DNA from: Schizochytrium sp. TIO01
Taxonomy: Eukaryota > Protista > Bigyra: Labyrinthulomycetes
Assembly: GCA_004764695.1 (NCBI GenBank)
Contig: SMSO01000032.1
Location: forward strand, 2,046,001 to 2,110,000
Reading direction: 5' to 3'
Length of the DNA: 64,000 nucleotides
The translations under genes were made by a program, and so were the position numbers. How positions within the stretch are numbered: the first letter of the stretch is position 1; each line of letters opens with the position of its first letter. Positions 39,155-51,023 of the stretch are shown here, in pieces. Under the pieces are notes generated by a model. It saw only the letters and a program-made list of their open reading frames with translations, ran no database searches and had not been told where the DNA came from.

Positions 39155-42100
39155 ATGGAGCCGCCTCCTCCGTCCGAGACGAACTCGCTCTCGGTACTTG
39201 CACAGCAGCTCCGTGCCTTACTCCGTAAAGCCCCTGACAGCGGCTGGCGCGGTTGGCGCGATCTTGGCGGTTTGTTGTGTCGTCGAGACTCATGGTGGGC
39301 TGTCGCGGCGCTCATGGCGGCAGCCTTTTTCGTTGCTGACGGTAGCACCTGTGAGGGGCGCTCAGATGGTTTTGGAGGCCTTGCTTGTAGCGCCGCGGTG
39401 GCTCAAGGTGTTCTGGTCGCAGCCGCTTTGGCAATTGTGGCTTTTGCACAAGTTGCTTCACTTGAGAGATTCCGGCAAGAAAGGCTCATCCGTATAGAGC
39501 GAGTTGTAAGCGGCCTTCTCAAAGCGCGAGAACCTGCGCCATCTAACTGGAAATTCGTGCGCCATTATGATTCACAGCTACCTAGCGTGGTCTTCACCTT
39601 CCGCAAAACTGCCTGGCTACCAGTGCCCAGTAATTTGCTCATGGAGGGCGACATCGTTGCGCTCGTTGGAGGTGAACCTGCACCCGTAAAAGCGATCAGA
39701 ATTATCCCTTCCGATGGGATTATTATTCGATCTGGTGAAGTTGTGCCTAAAGAGATTTATCAAAGCAATCCCGATCATAGCGACTTTCAAGATCATTCGA
39801 AGAGTGACGAGGATATCGAAAATGATGTAAAAGGCAAGGCTAAGACTATATTTAGGCCTGTCGATGCTGCAACTGCATCAGAGTATGCAAATACTCTACC
39901 GACAGGATTTGGAGAGGCTGATAAAGCTGCCGGAGCAGGGGGGCTCTCTATATGTAGGGTGATGGAAACTCCGATGGTTGACATTGTGCAAAAAGCGATA
40001 GATGAAGCGAACAGGGTCAAGCTCAGTGAAGCACCTCATATGCTGCCGTTGCGAAGGGCGCATGCGTCTATGCATATACTTGGGGCTGTCGTTCTTCTCA
40101 TGAGTGTGGCTTTGGTTGCTAACGTGCTGCGCTATGTGTACCGGCCCGACGATATGGGCCCGATACATCTCATTCTTGGTCGCCTTGCTATTGTATCGGC
40201 GGCCGGTATTCCAGTTCTGATGCCGTTGTGGGAACAGGGACTTGAGCAGTGGGCTATTGCAAAACTCATTGGGCTCAGCCAAAACTTGCAAGAACTTCGT
40301 AGTGATGTCTCACGTGTATCTGCTCGAGTTGACAAAGACGAACGACGCACCTTGAAAACCAAAATGGGCGTCTCAGCACGACTCGATGTTAAATTTACTC
40401 GTGTTCTCAAGCTTTTCTGGCAACTAGTTAAACCCCTCAAAGATACATACTCCTTTGAACGCAGCCTTGGTTCGCCGGAGAGCTTTCAAATGGCCAACAT
40501 GTTGCAACTGCCTCTCAAATCAGCTAAATTACTCGAAACATTAGCGCGGACAACAGCTTTCTGTTGTCTTGACGAACAAGTGGTGTTGGATCCGACACCT
40601 ACTGTTGAAGAAATTATGTTGCTTCAAGGCGAAAATACAGCTACAATCGTAGACTTGTGTGACGGTCCAGGAAATACAGTCGCATTTGAAGGTGCTTCCT
40701 GGCAACGCCACCTTAGTTCATTGAAACCTTTAGCGCTGGCTTGTCTGCTGGGAACAGACAGTCGCCTGCAAGGCGGGCTGCGGCAGAGGCCAGTGAACTC
40801 AAGGCGAGTAGCACTCGCAGCGGGTCAAAAAATTGATATCAACTCACAAGCTTCGATGGAAGACTTGGCATCACAATTTCAGCGCCGCGCCATCCCACGC
40901 CATCTACGCAAATTAGCCCATGCTATTGGTTTTCGTCGCCCCGATTCGCGGCACTACGCACTGTGTGGTATCTTACGAGTAATGGATGACCTTCCTGTGC
41001 CTGTCGAAATGACGCGTTCGGTCCTTACCTGGTCTCTTCACCGTGGGCGTGCTCAGATGACTTGTATTCTGGTGGAAGATCGAACGGCAGCTTTATCGAG
41101 TGCACCACATACGCCACAAGAGATGCCACCAGCTTCCTCCGACTATGAGGAAGAAGATCTAGAAGACGATGAGTCCCCAACTTTGGATGAGACCCAAACT
41201 CCCACTGAAGTCGAAATGAAGGGTTCTAAATCCGCACCTCCTACCGCAGCATCCATTCGAAAGTCAAGGCGGCACTCATCCGGGAAAATAGTTGAGCTAG
41301 CTCATATTGACACAAACCCGGCTCAACTTAAACGCAGCGATGGAACTCAAACACCACATGGCACTGGGCTAGCCAGTGCCCAGGGTGCAAATGGAAATGG
41401 ACCTAATAAAATCCTCTCACCAGGGGCAAATCAAACAAGTACGAACATTCACGGAGCCCATGCGCCCCTTAGCCCTGCTACGATTGAGAAGAGCATTGTA
41501 AGTATTGATGGAGGGAGTACTTCTGTTGCTACAACTCTCCCTACATCTCCTCTGCCTCCGATGCCTGCTACAAATGTCGCGGCAACAACACCGGTCAGCA
41601 CAGCTAAGCCAACCTCAAACACTGAGATTGCAACTACTGGGGCGAGCGGTGTTGCTGATACATCAAGTACTCATCACCACCATCACCACCACCAATCGCA
41701 CCATCACCACTACCATCATTATCATTTCCACCACACTCAATCTCAAACTCAGCAACCACCTCAGCATGTCACAGATTTAGGAAGCACTGTAAGTCCATCT
41801 AGCACTGCCCCCGTAAATGACCCTCTCCCTAAAGTCTCGCCGCCAGTTGTGAGCACATCCGGTCATCGCCGTAGACAGCGTAAGCGAAACCAGACTTCGT
41901 CTGGTACGATAGCAGGACCTCGAAATCTACACATGTTCACCTTTGGAGACCCCGGTTTGGTAGCCTCATGTTGTGTTGAACATTGGAGTGGTGAGGCGAT
42001 TTGGCCTTTGACCTCTCAAAACCGAGCTGCCATTCTCTCTGTTGAGAAACAGTGGACTTTTGAGGATTTTGATAGTGTAGCCTTCGCGTATACCCCTGTG

Positions 42101-43831
42101 CCCTCGCATTTAGCGACGAGATTTCCTGCCACCCCACCTCAAAACATTGACCCTTTACATGTCTATCTTGCCGAAGACGAGTCCGGCAAGGTTCAAGGAA
42201 CAGCCGCGGCGTCGCCTGCGGCTGTCTCCTCACCTTTTGGCGGCACATCCACCCAACGGGGAGCAGGGAAATGTGAGAACTCGGATTTGCTGCGTGCTGA
42301 GCAGGCACAATTGTTGAAACAGTTGCTTCCAACTCAAGTGTTTACTGGCATGGTAGGAGCTCGCGAGAAGCCACGTGCCTCCTTGTCAGGTCTTATTGAA
42401 GATCTTGACTCGGCGGGCATTCGGTTTGTATACTTTTCCCCTCGTGGGGCACGTCGTAGTCTCGTCGTAGCAGATAAAATGGGTTTAGAAACAGACTGGA
42501 ATACTGCGATATCTCTGCGAGCTCTTGAAAGTGACGATGGTGCATTAGACCCACCCGAGAATAGTTTTCGGGCGGATTGGGATGTCAATGCTAAGTTACC
42601 TCATGGCATAGAAGAGATCCGGAAACACATTATGGAGGTTGATGATGTCCCCTTACGTGTTTCTACTTTCACAGATAGTACGCCACAATCAAGTCGCGAA
42701 ATGATAAAAATTCTCCAAGAAAATGGAGAAGTCGTTGCTGCTGTAGGAACAGGTCTTTGTGCAGACAATCGTCTAACTTTTCGTGAAGCTGATCTGGCTG
42801 TTACACTGCAGCCCAAAATACTTTTGAGGCATCCTGTTTCGCACAAACAGTTTCTCTCAACCTCTAGTCTGAGTGGTCCAGACGCAGCAGAAGGGCTTGC
42901 AGCAATGCGTGGAGCCCAACCTGCACTATGCGCATTAGAATTGAGTTCTGCAATTTCCTCGCTGCACTCATCAATTGTTTTACAATCTGATGCTAGTTTA
43001 TCGATCGTCGGAGACCTCATTTGGGAGGCTCGTCTCCTTACTGCAAACTATCAGCAAGCTTTGCTCTTCATGGTGTCAGCCCATATGCTGATTGCCGGAA
43101 CAGCAGCATTGAGTTATATTTTCTCGATTCCAGATATCATTCGCCCAATAGAATTGAGTTGGTTTCTCTGGATCCAAGCCCCACTTGTGGGTCTACCTCT
43201 TTTGAGTACACGACGAAAACGATCTTTTATGCATGAGCTTCCCTCGAGGGATGATGCTCAGCACCTGAAGTATCTTGCTGCCTTAGCTCGCCGATATGCG
43301 AATTACGTGTTCGTCAGACTCGCGCCGTCATGTGCAGTCTTGGTGTTGAGTTACATGTGGATTCTGGCAGATGCGAGCGACAGCCCTCGCGAGGCTTGGA
43401 GAAGTTTTGTTTGGACCGAGTCATATGTGAATGTTCTTTCTGAAACTGAAGAAGAGCTGGTACATGCTAGTATGGGTTTCCTCTTATGGTGGTTTTTGAC
43501 CTTGCATGCCTTCACATTCTTTTACAGGCATGACAGCACATTTCAAATTCCGTTCAACCATGCATGGTTTCCATGTGCTTTTGCTGCGTTGGTCTTTCAA
43601 ATAATGTATTCTACGGTGTACCTTCACTTACATGCCGGCGGGGAGGTATCTGCTATTGCTTGGCTTTCGGAGGCACCGGTTCCATTTTGGATCACCTTTT
43701 CCTGTTGGCCCGTGTTCATCATTGGTATTGCGGAGGCAACCAAGCGAACAGAACGCAGTCTTCATCTAAGAAACCAGCGTCGCTTACGAGTATTTTTCGA
43801 TACTCGTCTTGGCATGTATAGCCCCAAATAA
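39155..43831 (+). CDS. TMEM94: TMEM94/ERMA-like protein (P-type ATPase-like fold, proposed ER Mg2+ transporter)
   Basis: PSNLLMEGDIVAL, AGIRFVYFS, KMGLETDWNTAISL, AKLPHGIEEIRKHIMEVDDVPLRVSTFTD and C-terminal FDTRLGMYSP are TMEM94 hallmarks; single 4.7-kb exon. Confidence 0.92.
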   Translation: MEPPPPSETNSLSVLAQQLRALLRKAPDSGWRGWRDLGGLLCRRDSWWAVAALMAAAFFVADGSTCEGRSDGFGGLACSAAVAQGVLVAAALAIVAFAQVASLERFRQERLIRIERVVSGLLKAREPAPSNWKFVRHYDSQLPSVVFTFRKTAWLPVPSNLLMEGDIVALVGGEPAPVKAIRIIPSDGIIIRSGEVVPKEIYQSNPDHSDFQDHSKSDEDIENDVKGKAKTIFRPVDAATASEYANTLPTGFGEADKAAGAGGLSICRVMETPMVDIVQKAIDEANRVKLSEAPHMLPLRRAHASMHILGAVVLLMSVALVANVLRYVYRPDDMGPIHLILGRLAIVSAAGIPVLMPLWEQGLEQWAIAKLIGLSQNLQELRSDVSRVSARVDKDERRTLKTKMGVSARLDVKFTRVLKLFWQLVKPLKDTYSFERSLGSPESFQMANMLQLPLKSAKLLETLARTTAFCCLDEQVVLDPTPTVEEIMLLQGENTATIVDLCDGPGNTVAFEGASWQRHLSSLKPLALACLLGTDSRLQGGLRQRPVNSRRVALAAGQKIDINSQASMEDLASQFQRRAIPRHLRKLAHAIGFRRPDSRHYALCGILRVMDDLPVPVEMTRSVLTWSLHRGRAQMTCILVEDRTAALSSAPHTPQEMPPASSDYEEEDLEDDESPTLDETQTPTEVEMKGSKSAPPTAASIRKSRRHSSGKIVELAHIDTNPAQLKRSDGTQTPHGTGLASAQGANGNGPNKILSPGANQTSTNIHGAHAPLSPATIEKSIVSIDGGSTSVATTLPTSPLPPMPATNVAATTPVSTAKPTSNTEIATTGASGVADTSSTHHHHHHHQSHHHHYHHYHFHHTQSQTQQPPQHVTDLGSTVSPSSTAPVNDPLPKVSPPVVSTSGHRRRQRKRNQTSSGTIAGPRNLHMFTFGDPGLVASCCVEHWSGEAIWPLTSQNRAAILSVEKQWTFEDFDSVAFAYTPVPSHLATRFPATPPQNIDPLHVYLAEDESGKVQGTAAASPAAVSSPFGGTSTQRGAGKCENSDLLRAEQAQLLKQLLPTQVFTGMVGAREKPRASLSGLIEDLDSAGIRFVYFSPRGARRSLVVADKMGLETDWNTAISLRALESDDGALDPPENSFRADWDVNAKLPHGIEEIRKHIMEVDDVPLRVSTFTDSTPQSSREMIKILQENGEVVAAVGTGLCADNRLTFREADLAVTLQPKILLRHPVSHKQFLSTSSLSGPDAAEGLAAMRGAQPALCALELSSAISSLHSSIVLQSDASLSIVGDLIWEARLLTANYQQALLFMVSAHMLIAGTAALSYIFSIPDIIRPIELSWFLWIQAPLVGLPLLSTRRKRSFMHELPSRDDAQHLKYLAALARRYANYVFVRLAPSCAVLVLSYMWILADASDSPREAWRSFVWTESYVNVLSETEEELVHASMGFLLWWFLTLHAFTFFYRHDSTFQIPFNHAWFPCAFAALVFQIMYSTVYLHLHAGGEVSAIAWLSEAPVPFWITFSCWPVFIIGIAEATKRTERSLHLRNQRRLRVFFDTRLGMYSPK

Positions 43832-44207
43832 GAGTGAATAGCTCATATGTAGATTTCTATAATTATTTAGACATAAGAACATCAGGATTGTTTTTTTAAA
43901 CCTTTGTTCAGCCCGTTCATCCGCAACCTCTTCGTCGCCTTCGATTTGATTGTCTTGGTTTTTACCATTGCTGCTGATGCTCTGCGTCATTTTCCTACAT
44001 GCAAAGTGTACAAAAGGTTTTACTTTCTTAGAAAACAACATTTTGCAAGAAAAATTATAAAGGTAAACAAAGCAGAAAGGAATTATGACTTCTGAAAAGA
44101 AGAAAAACGTTAATACTTCAGGGCTATATATATCAATAGCTCTACACAACACGTTTTTGTTGGTTTTCATGTTACTACGAAGGTATATTAAAGCAATGAA
44201 AAATGTT

Positions 44208-46529
44208 CTAGAAGACGCGGACTCTATGTAGGCAAGTGTAGTCCGCACCATGGTTGCTGTCAATACGGATTTTTACTGCTTCAAACGGTCCAAACATGCC
44301 CGTAGGCAGAGTAGCTTGTTGCACGGCAGGACCAGTGATATCATATTCAGTATCCATGAGCTCGAACTCTGTCTGCGAGGTGAGGTTGAGTCCCACCAAT
44401 GTAACAAGTTTAGGGGCGGTTTGGGGAGAATGCAATGGAGCCAAGTGTACTTGGTGGTGCTCAATAGCTAGTCCTCGAATCATGCTAGGCCTGCTGAGAA
44501 CCACGCTGAAATTTCCAGAAGATCCATCAAATGACCAGCAATTTCGAATAGGAAAGGTATTCTTGAGGACTGTCTCAGGACCAGGGAGACCCAGTAATTT
44601 GGAGCAAATATTATCATAAACCCGTCCGAGAGAATATGCATTCAGAGAAGATGAGATGTTCGCAGGCAGGCTACACGGCGGTGCTCTAGTGAGGGAGGTT
44701 TGACCCTTATTATTGAGGATGAGTACGGACTCCGAAGGCGCCAATAGATCGGCGTGCGTCATAAAGTCACGCTCAAGGTTCTCCAGCTCTTCCGTGACAA
44801 CTAAGTCGTACAAAATATCATTTTCCACTTCGTCAGACACAACGACATTGTCACTTCCGGATGGGTGGTCAATGGTGATGGAGACAGGCCGCAATGAAGA
44901 GACTTCATGTGAAACAGATGTGGTCTGCGCTTCAATATGCATCAGACGTCGGAGAATGCTTCCACGCAACTGTTCATATTGGGTTTTCCTCTCACGAAGC
45001 GTTTTTGCTCTCTCTCTGGTGTGCTCGCGGAGTTTTTGGTTTACAGAATCGACGGCGTCTTTCGCGGAAGTCTTAGCTGACAGGAACTGGATTGCTTTGG
45101 TTTGCACAATTTTGGCACTGGCAGGCAAAGAAACATCTGAGAATCCTTCGCTGAGTTCTGAGAGCGTAGTCTCCTTTGGGATACCATGCACCTGGTGAAG
45201 CAACGTGGCCGAGTTTTGTGCTTGAAGAAATTGCGATTCAAGTTTCTGGACCCGCTGCTGTTGTTCCGTGCGGTGCATTTTCACTTTGGTGCGGACAGCA
45301 TCGCGAAGCTGCTTCTCGACCTCTACAAACCCTGGGCCACATTGAGAACCGTGGCCTGGAACGTTGATACACGATATCTTTGGCAAAGATTTTTCCTGAA
45401 GAATAGAAACAACATGTTTCTCCGCTCCCTGCGGATTCGACAGAAAAATCCAATTGTATTGTGCTGCAAGTAGTACAACCATAGGAAGAAATACTGTAAG
45501 GAGAAGCCACGCAATGCCTCTACGAGAGGTCATTTCTGCAGCTGCAGGTGGGTAGAAGAACGGTGTCGCCTCTTTGCACACCCCACCTTCAATAAGATCG
45601 CTACGTTTGACAGAATCTTCCTCACCCTCATCTGATTCCTCTTCAGACACAGGTTCCAAAAATCGTGGCCCTGGAATGGGTGTTGATGTCATATAATCAT
45701 GTCTTCGTCGAGAGGCAGGCGGTGCTGTTTGCGCTTGGAAAATACCTTCTGGTTGTTGTTTTTGTTGTTGCTGCTGCTGCTGCTGATGATGATGATGATG
45801 TTGATTGATATTTTCAGGGTTTGGAGCCTCAAGCTGCCGTGATTCTGGCACTTGAGATTGGGTAGTGTAGGATCCAGTTTCTTGCGGTGGCAACGCAACT
45901 CTTCGTCGGCTAATACGTGTGGAAGGTACTGGGGGTGGCAGCGGAAGTGATTCTTCTTGATGATCTATCCTTTGGGAGTCTATCTCTTTGCCTTTATCCT
46001 CAATAAGTTCGCTTTCTGGGTCTGCTCCATTCAAGTGTAAACTAGCAGCGATTGAGGCTGCCTCTGCAATGACCGCCGATTTTGCAGCTTTTAGTGAGTT
46101 CCTTGTTGTACGGCTCCTTGTGGACATGACAGTGCTTGTGCTCGCTACGCTTTCATCGCTGCCGAGGCGGCTTCTGCGACGACTTTTGGCTTCATGTTCA
46201 CCCAGGACCTTCGCGTTTTTAGCCTTGGACGCCACACTAGCAGAGCCAGTTTCAACAGAGACCTCCTCACGTGGTCTCTTGGTAGCCTTTTTCCGCTCGG
46301 ACCTTGCTACTGGTGTCTTAGCCTTTGGTTTTTTCGCGGGTGTAGATTTCGGAAGGCTTTCAAGAGCGATATCATCCGCCTCAGAATCGGCCGCCACTAC
46401 CCCATTTCCACCATCCTGCGCTTCAGGTCTCAACTTCGCAGCGCTGGCGCCGCTACGGGCCTTCTTTATCGAACGGTCAACTCTGGGTGTCTGCGCAGAG
46501 GCATCTAGGGAGCGTTTGCGGCCCACCAT
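44208..46529 (-). CDS. SUN-domain inner nuclear membrane protein (LINC complex)
   Basis: Basic N-terminus, one TM helix (IAWLLLTVFLPMVVLLAA), coiled-coil and a C-terminal SUN domain (CWSFDG...TAPK...IDSNHGADYTCLHRVRV). Confidence 0.92.
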   Translation of the reverse strand: MVGRKRSLDASAQTPRVDRSIKKARSGASAAKLRPEAQDGGNGVVAADSEADDIALESLPKSTPAKKPKAKTPVARSERKKATKRPREEVSVETGSASVASKAKNAKVLGEHEAKSRRRSRLGSDESVASTSTVMSTRSRTTRNSLKAAKSAVIAEAASIAASLHLNGADPESELIEDKGKEIDSQRIDHQEESLPLPPPVPSTRISRRRVALPPQETGSYTTQSQVPESRQLEAPNPENINQHHHHHQQQQQQQQKQQPEGIFQAQTAPPASRRRHDYMTSTPIPGPRFLEPVSEEESDEGEEDSVKRSDLIEGGVCKEATPFFYPPAAAEMTSRRGIAWLLLTVFLPMVVLLAAQYNWIFLSNPQGAEKHVVSILQEKSLPKISCINVPGHGSQCGPGFVEVEKQLRDAVRTKVKMHRTEQQQRVQKLESQFLQAQNSATLLHQVHGIPKETTLSELSEGFSDVSLPASAKIVQTKAIQFLSAKTSAKDAVDSVNQKLREHTRERAKTLRERKTQYEQLRGSILRRLMHIEAQTTSVSHEVSSLRPVSITIDHPSGSDNVVVSDEVENDILYDLVVTEELENLERDFMTHADLLAPSESVLILNNKGQTSLTRAPPCSLPANISSSLNAYSLGRVYDNICSKLLGLPGPETVLKNTFPIRNCWSFDGSSGNFSVVLSRPSMIRGLAIEHHQVHLAPLHSPQTAPKLVTLVGLNLTSQTEFELMDTEYDITGPAVQQATLPTGMFGPFEAVKIRIDSNHGADYTCLHRVRVF

Positions 46530-49231
46530 CAGTCCCCGCGCGTGCTATTCCCTTGCCTCTGTCGCGCTCGCAATCTGATTTGATTTCATTGACTCGCATG
46601 ATTTCGAATCGACGATTTGAGGTACACGCTTTTATCCAACAGATACGAGTTTAGTATAGGTAGTATCTGCTAGGTCTTACGACGCTGGGAACTCAACTCG
46701 CAAACAACTCGCTCGAAAGAGTACTGATTCAAGCGAGAGCACCGTTTACAGCGCCCCAAAAGTCTAAGCTACAACCTGAAGTGAAGTCTTCATAGTGGTA
46801 AGCAAGAGTTCGTCAGGTAGCTAGCTATCTTGGCACGACCAGTTGTATTTATTCACTGGCACTTGCAAGGGGTTACCAGGACATTTTTGGTCGCACTACC
46901 GCATCAAGCTGTCTGTTTCTTGAGGAGGTCTACATAAATAACGAAAGCGGTAACGCAGTAGAGCCGTGGCGTGGTGACCTATAGCCGAGCGTTTGAGATG
47001 CTTTTTCAGGGCACGATCACTTCAGAGTCGGGCTAGCTCTAAGGGGATTCGACCCCGTCAACTCAACGTCCATTTTCTCTGCGGTGGTTACTTTTATACT
47101 GCTATAGTTTAGGGCATTTGATACTATTGCGGCATCTTGCATGCATACGAACTTAATTAAAAAATGTAATGTAATGTAAAGTGAATCAAATCACTCCATT
47201 ATCTCATGGAGCTCAGCTATCTATCCCCTGGCAAGGCCGGCTATGAGGTAGATGTACTTCTCCTACTTGGACTACTCTGAGTCCGCACAGCTACTCTCAG
47301 AAGTAAGAAAGCAGCGGATTGAATTGGAGTTGAGCAGGGTCAAGAACTCGTCGTTAGGTTCGCAAGTAAGAAGGAAAAAAAGAAAACTCTTTTGTATTTG
47401 TACTGAGTAGGAGTAGATACAGGCCTAGTAGACAGGTAATAATGAAGGAGTGAATCTGCGCAACGCAAGTTTGGAGTTTGAAGTGCCGTATCTAAATCAC
47501 AACTTGAAATACAGAATCTAAGTCAGCAAACCTTCTTGACCAGGCTCAACTACGAGACTAAAGTTGACTTCGTCTGTAATCAGTGACCATATACTCGGAG
47601 TATTCTGGAGCACGCAGGTGGCCCAGGACTCAGCGTTTTAGGGACTCGCATTGTGGAAGAATAGAATGACATGACCGTGGACATGCGGTTTGAAATAATG
47701 CAAGATATCGCACATGATCTCGAAGGGAGATAAGTCAATCGTTGATGGGTTGACGATCATTATAGATGAGCTCTACGGAGTTTTAAAATTTTGCTTTTTT
47801 TCGCACAGAGTTTCATTTTGTATGAATTCCAAAAACCATTTAGACATGCAGGCCAATTGGCTAGTGGGTTGGTGCCTTGAGGTCACCTCTTTTTGTAGGT
47901 TGAGCTTCGCCAGGAAGATGCTTCACGATTCACAGCGGTTGCCGTCGTTCAGAATGCTGAGTTCTCGAGAACCAATCGATCATCTTCGAGGGATACGAGG
48001 TACCTAGCTAGCTATAGCATTGCAGGCGACAATTAGTATGCACGTGCTGAGGTCCACGCGCGCGTTTTGTATAGCAGTTCAGAACGCTATTTCCTGGCTG
48101 GTTACTCCTCACGCACAACCACGATGTGCAGACCGTAACGCGAAAGACCAAGCATGGCAAAGCAGAACCGTCGTGCTTGATAGAGCCGCCATGATTGTTT
48201 GCGACCCGATTGGCTAAGAGGCCTCCTCCTTTCGCAAATTCGTAGGTTTGGAGGTCGCAAGGAACTCACGTTGTCAACATTCGGAGGAAGGTGGCTGGTC
48301 GAAAGCAACTCATTCTCCAGACTTCAAGCAAATGTGGCTAATGTCCGGACGGAGGCTAGTAAGAGGATCGACTGCGAGTCACAGTGGGAAGGGAAGCGTT
48401 CGCAAGCACCGGTTTCGACTTTTTTAGCGAGCGAGGGAGACCGGGCTTTGGCAAACATTTTTCTTTCAAGTTACTTTTTCACAAGCAAGTACAAGACTAT
48501 AGTGACATCTACTAGCAGTACTTATTGTACCTACTACCCTGTTACTGTTCTTTAAGGCTCCCGCACACGAATAACTCTTACAGACTAAATACTACCTACT
48601 TAACCTGGGGTTACCCCCCGAGACTTGGCATGATCTCCTTTTCGATGTTGGTTATGAGTTGCGGAGATCATTCATTTTCTGTCATTGAGCTCATAAAATC
48701 GAAGCAGAACCTCTAGTTGTAGTATACTTAGTAGAACGGGTTTCCTCCCTCACCACCAAGAATCACTTTTTCCAAATTACTCAGCTACTCCTCCACTGGC
48801 GATGATGCAGTCCAATGATCCATGGTGTGAGGATCGGCAGCTATTTTACATGATCGATCCATTGCAATCGCCTGATACATTAATTTAAGTAGCTCTAATA
48901 AGGCGAGTAAGCAAATAACTTGAGGTTCGTCCCAAAGATCTGCAGCACGCCGGTCCATGCGGCTCCTCTCATGGCAAACAGTCTCATAAACTCTTGGACA
49001 CGACTGCAAACCTCCCAACGTGGTACAGCTTCCCGAGCCGGGCGTAGACTAGCAAAGCAGCCTTTGAATAATTGGAATTGCATTTATCGCGCTTGTTTGC
49101 TCTCACCGTCCACTGACGTTTAATTTTTTATCTTTGAAAGCAGCGTGACGAGAGGGTAGTAAGTTAGATTGAGCGTTTGAGCTTACTTCCTCTGCAGCTC
49201 AAAGTCATGGCAGTCCTTTGCGCTGAAGCTG

Positions 49232-49534
49232 CAGCAACTTTACATCTTTAAGGGCCATCATGATCCGGATTCCTAATCATCGCCCTAGGTCGTGGCCATA
49301 GTTCTGCGATCAATTCAATCACCCACCATCCGCAACCATTGTGATGTTACAGTTCATCACATTCACTGTGAACGTGGTGCTCCACCAGTTCCTATCCCTG
49401 CTAGTTCATTGTGAATTGGGCATCGTGATGAGCTAATTATGGTGGCGGTGGTGTTCAACAAGATACCTTGGAGATTGAACTTGGAGATTATAATTATGCA
49501 TCCTAATGACCTTGTACACACATGCGACTGGGGG
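49232..49534 (+). pseudogene. Heavily decayed WD40-repeat gene fragment
   Basis: Fragments QQLYIFKGHHDP (49232), GHSSAINSITHHP (49294), IGHRDEL (49415) and HPNDLVHTCDW (~49499), broken by stops and frameshifts; one GH-GH interval is 124 nt, about one WD40 repeat. Confidence 0.4.
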
Positions 49535-51023
49535 TGCATTGCGAGTCTGTATTCACGCGCGCTGAGGGGCCAGCGTTCACGTATCTTTCTACCCCTTGGT
49601 GTGCCATTTCTCTACTACCTAGATATGCGAAATGGGGGTATCATAAACGTTTTAGAAGAAAAAGGCGCTTAGGGATCATCAGGAACTCCCGGGCAGCCCC
49701 TCTGCTGCTAGCTCTTTTGAAGGACATCTCTCCTTTTAACTCACCACCACCTATCGTCCTACAATCCATCATACCAGGAGCTGAGCTTGATGAGCATGCC
49801 TCAGATTGAGTTCGAAGCTTGTGGGTCAGTCGCAGCGATCCCCTAAGAGGTTGGTCCTCTTGAGAAGCTTTCAAGTCCATTCTCCAAAGTCTCCTCGAAG
49901 GACTCCAAGCTTGCAAAAAGTCCAGCTGCGCACACTTATTGAAAGAAAAGAATAATAGATAATCAAACAAAGAATCAAAGAACTCCATCCACCAAAAGGT
50001 GGACTACTCACTACTTATTTAGCCGTACTTCATACACCACGGCTTGCAGAAGAGGAGGATGTGATCTGCGACGAGCTTGTCAGGCGACGAGAATGCCAGT
50101 TGATCGATCGGCCGTCTGCCAACTTTTCGGCCTGGAGGGCCACAGTGAAGCACCGTGATTCATTGGAAGTCGCTACTACGCGTTGAAAATGCTTCTGAAG
50201 AGAGACGTGCGCTGTCGTTTGGCCTTCCATTTCCAATCGATGTACCCACAAAAATAATTGACTGTTTACATGTTTTTAATTGCTTTAATTGTTTTTAGTT
50301 TTGCACACGGAGCAGGAAAATAGATTCTTATCAGCTATTGATAACTTAGCAGCTTAGGAAGAAGCTATCATAGTGGATTAGTAGAGAGCACACACACACG
50401 CGCACGCCTTCTTTTCTAGTGTGATAATGAGCCATCCGAATCCTTTTCTGCAAGCTTTTCTTTTAATTAAAATAAAAAGGTCTTTTATTTATTTATTTAA
50501 TAAACTGAAGGTTATTCTCAAACGTAGGTAGGTAGGTACCAAGAATCGAAAGAGGAGCACGAGTGTCCGCAGAATGAAGGGACTCGCTGGATGGAGATGA
50601 CGTTAAAGTTTTCGTGTGGTCTCTGGGAGAGGGATTCATAAGCACGAGCGCTGGCCTGCAGACTCCTTCTACACCAAGTTGGGATTATCTTGGTTTATGT
50701 TCCCAAACTCTTCAAGTTCTCTTCAGCTTTGAGCTTTTCCCTTCCTGGCTCTGTTTTCTTTTTATATCACTTTTACTTTCTTCTCTTTCATTTTGATGAG
50801 TCAGTACCTTTCTGGTTAAAAGGTTGCTTATAGTGTTAGTTAGTTGATTGGGCTAGGATTGAGAAATGCATAAGTCCAGAGGGAGAAATGCACGAGCTCA
50901 GTTCGACACCCAAGCAAACCTGGAACTGGAGCGTGGAATCTAACAGTAGCAAAAGCGGCAGCTGTCCAAAGCACGCACTGTCTAGACTTGGAGCAACCTT
51001 AGTGAAAACCAAGAACAGAAATC

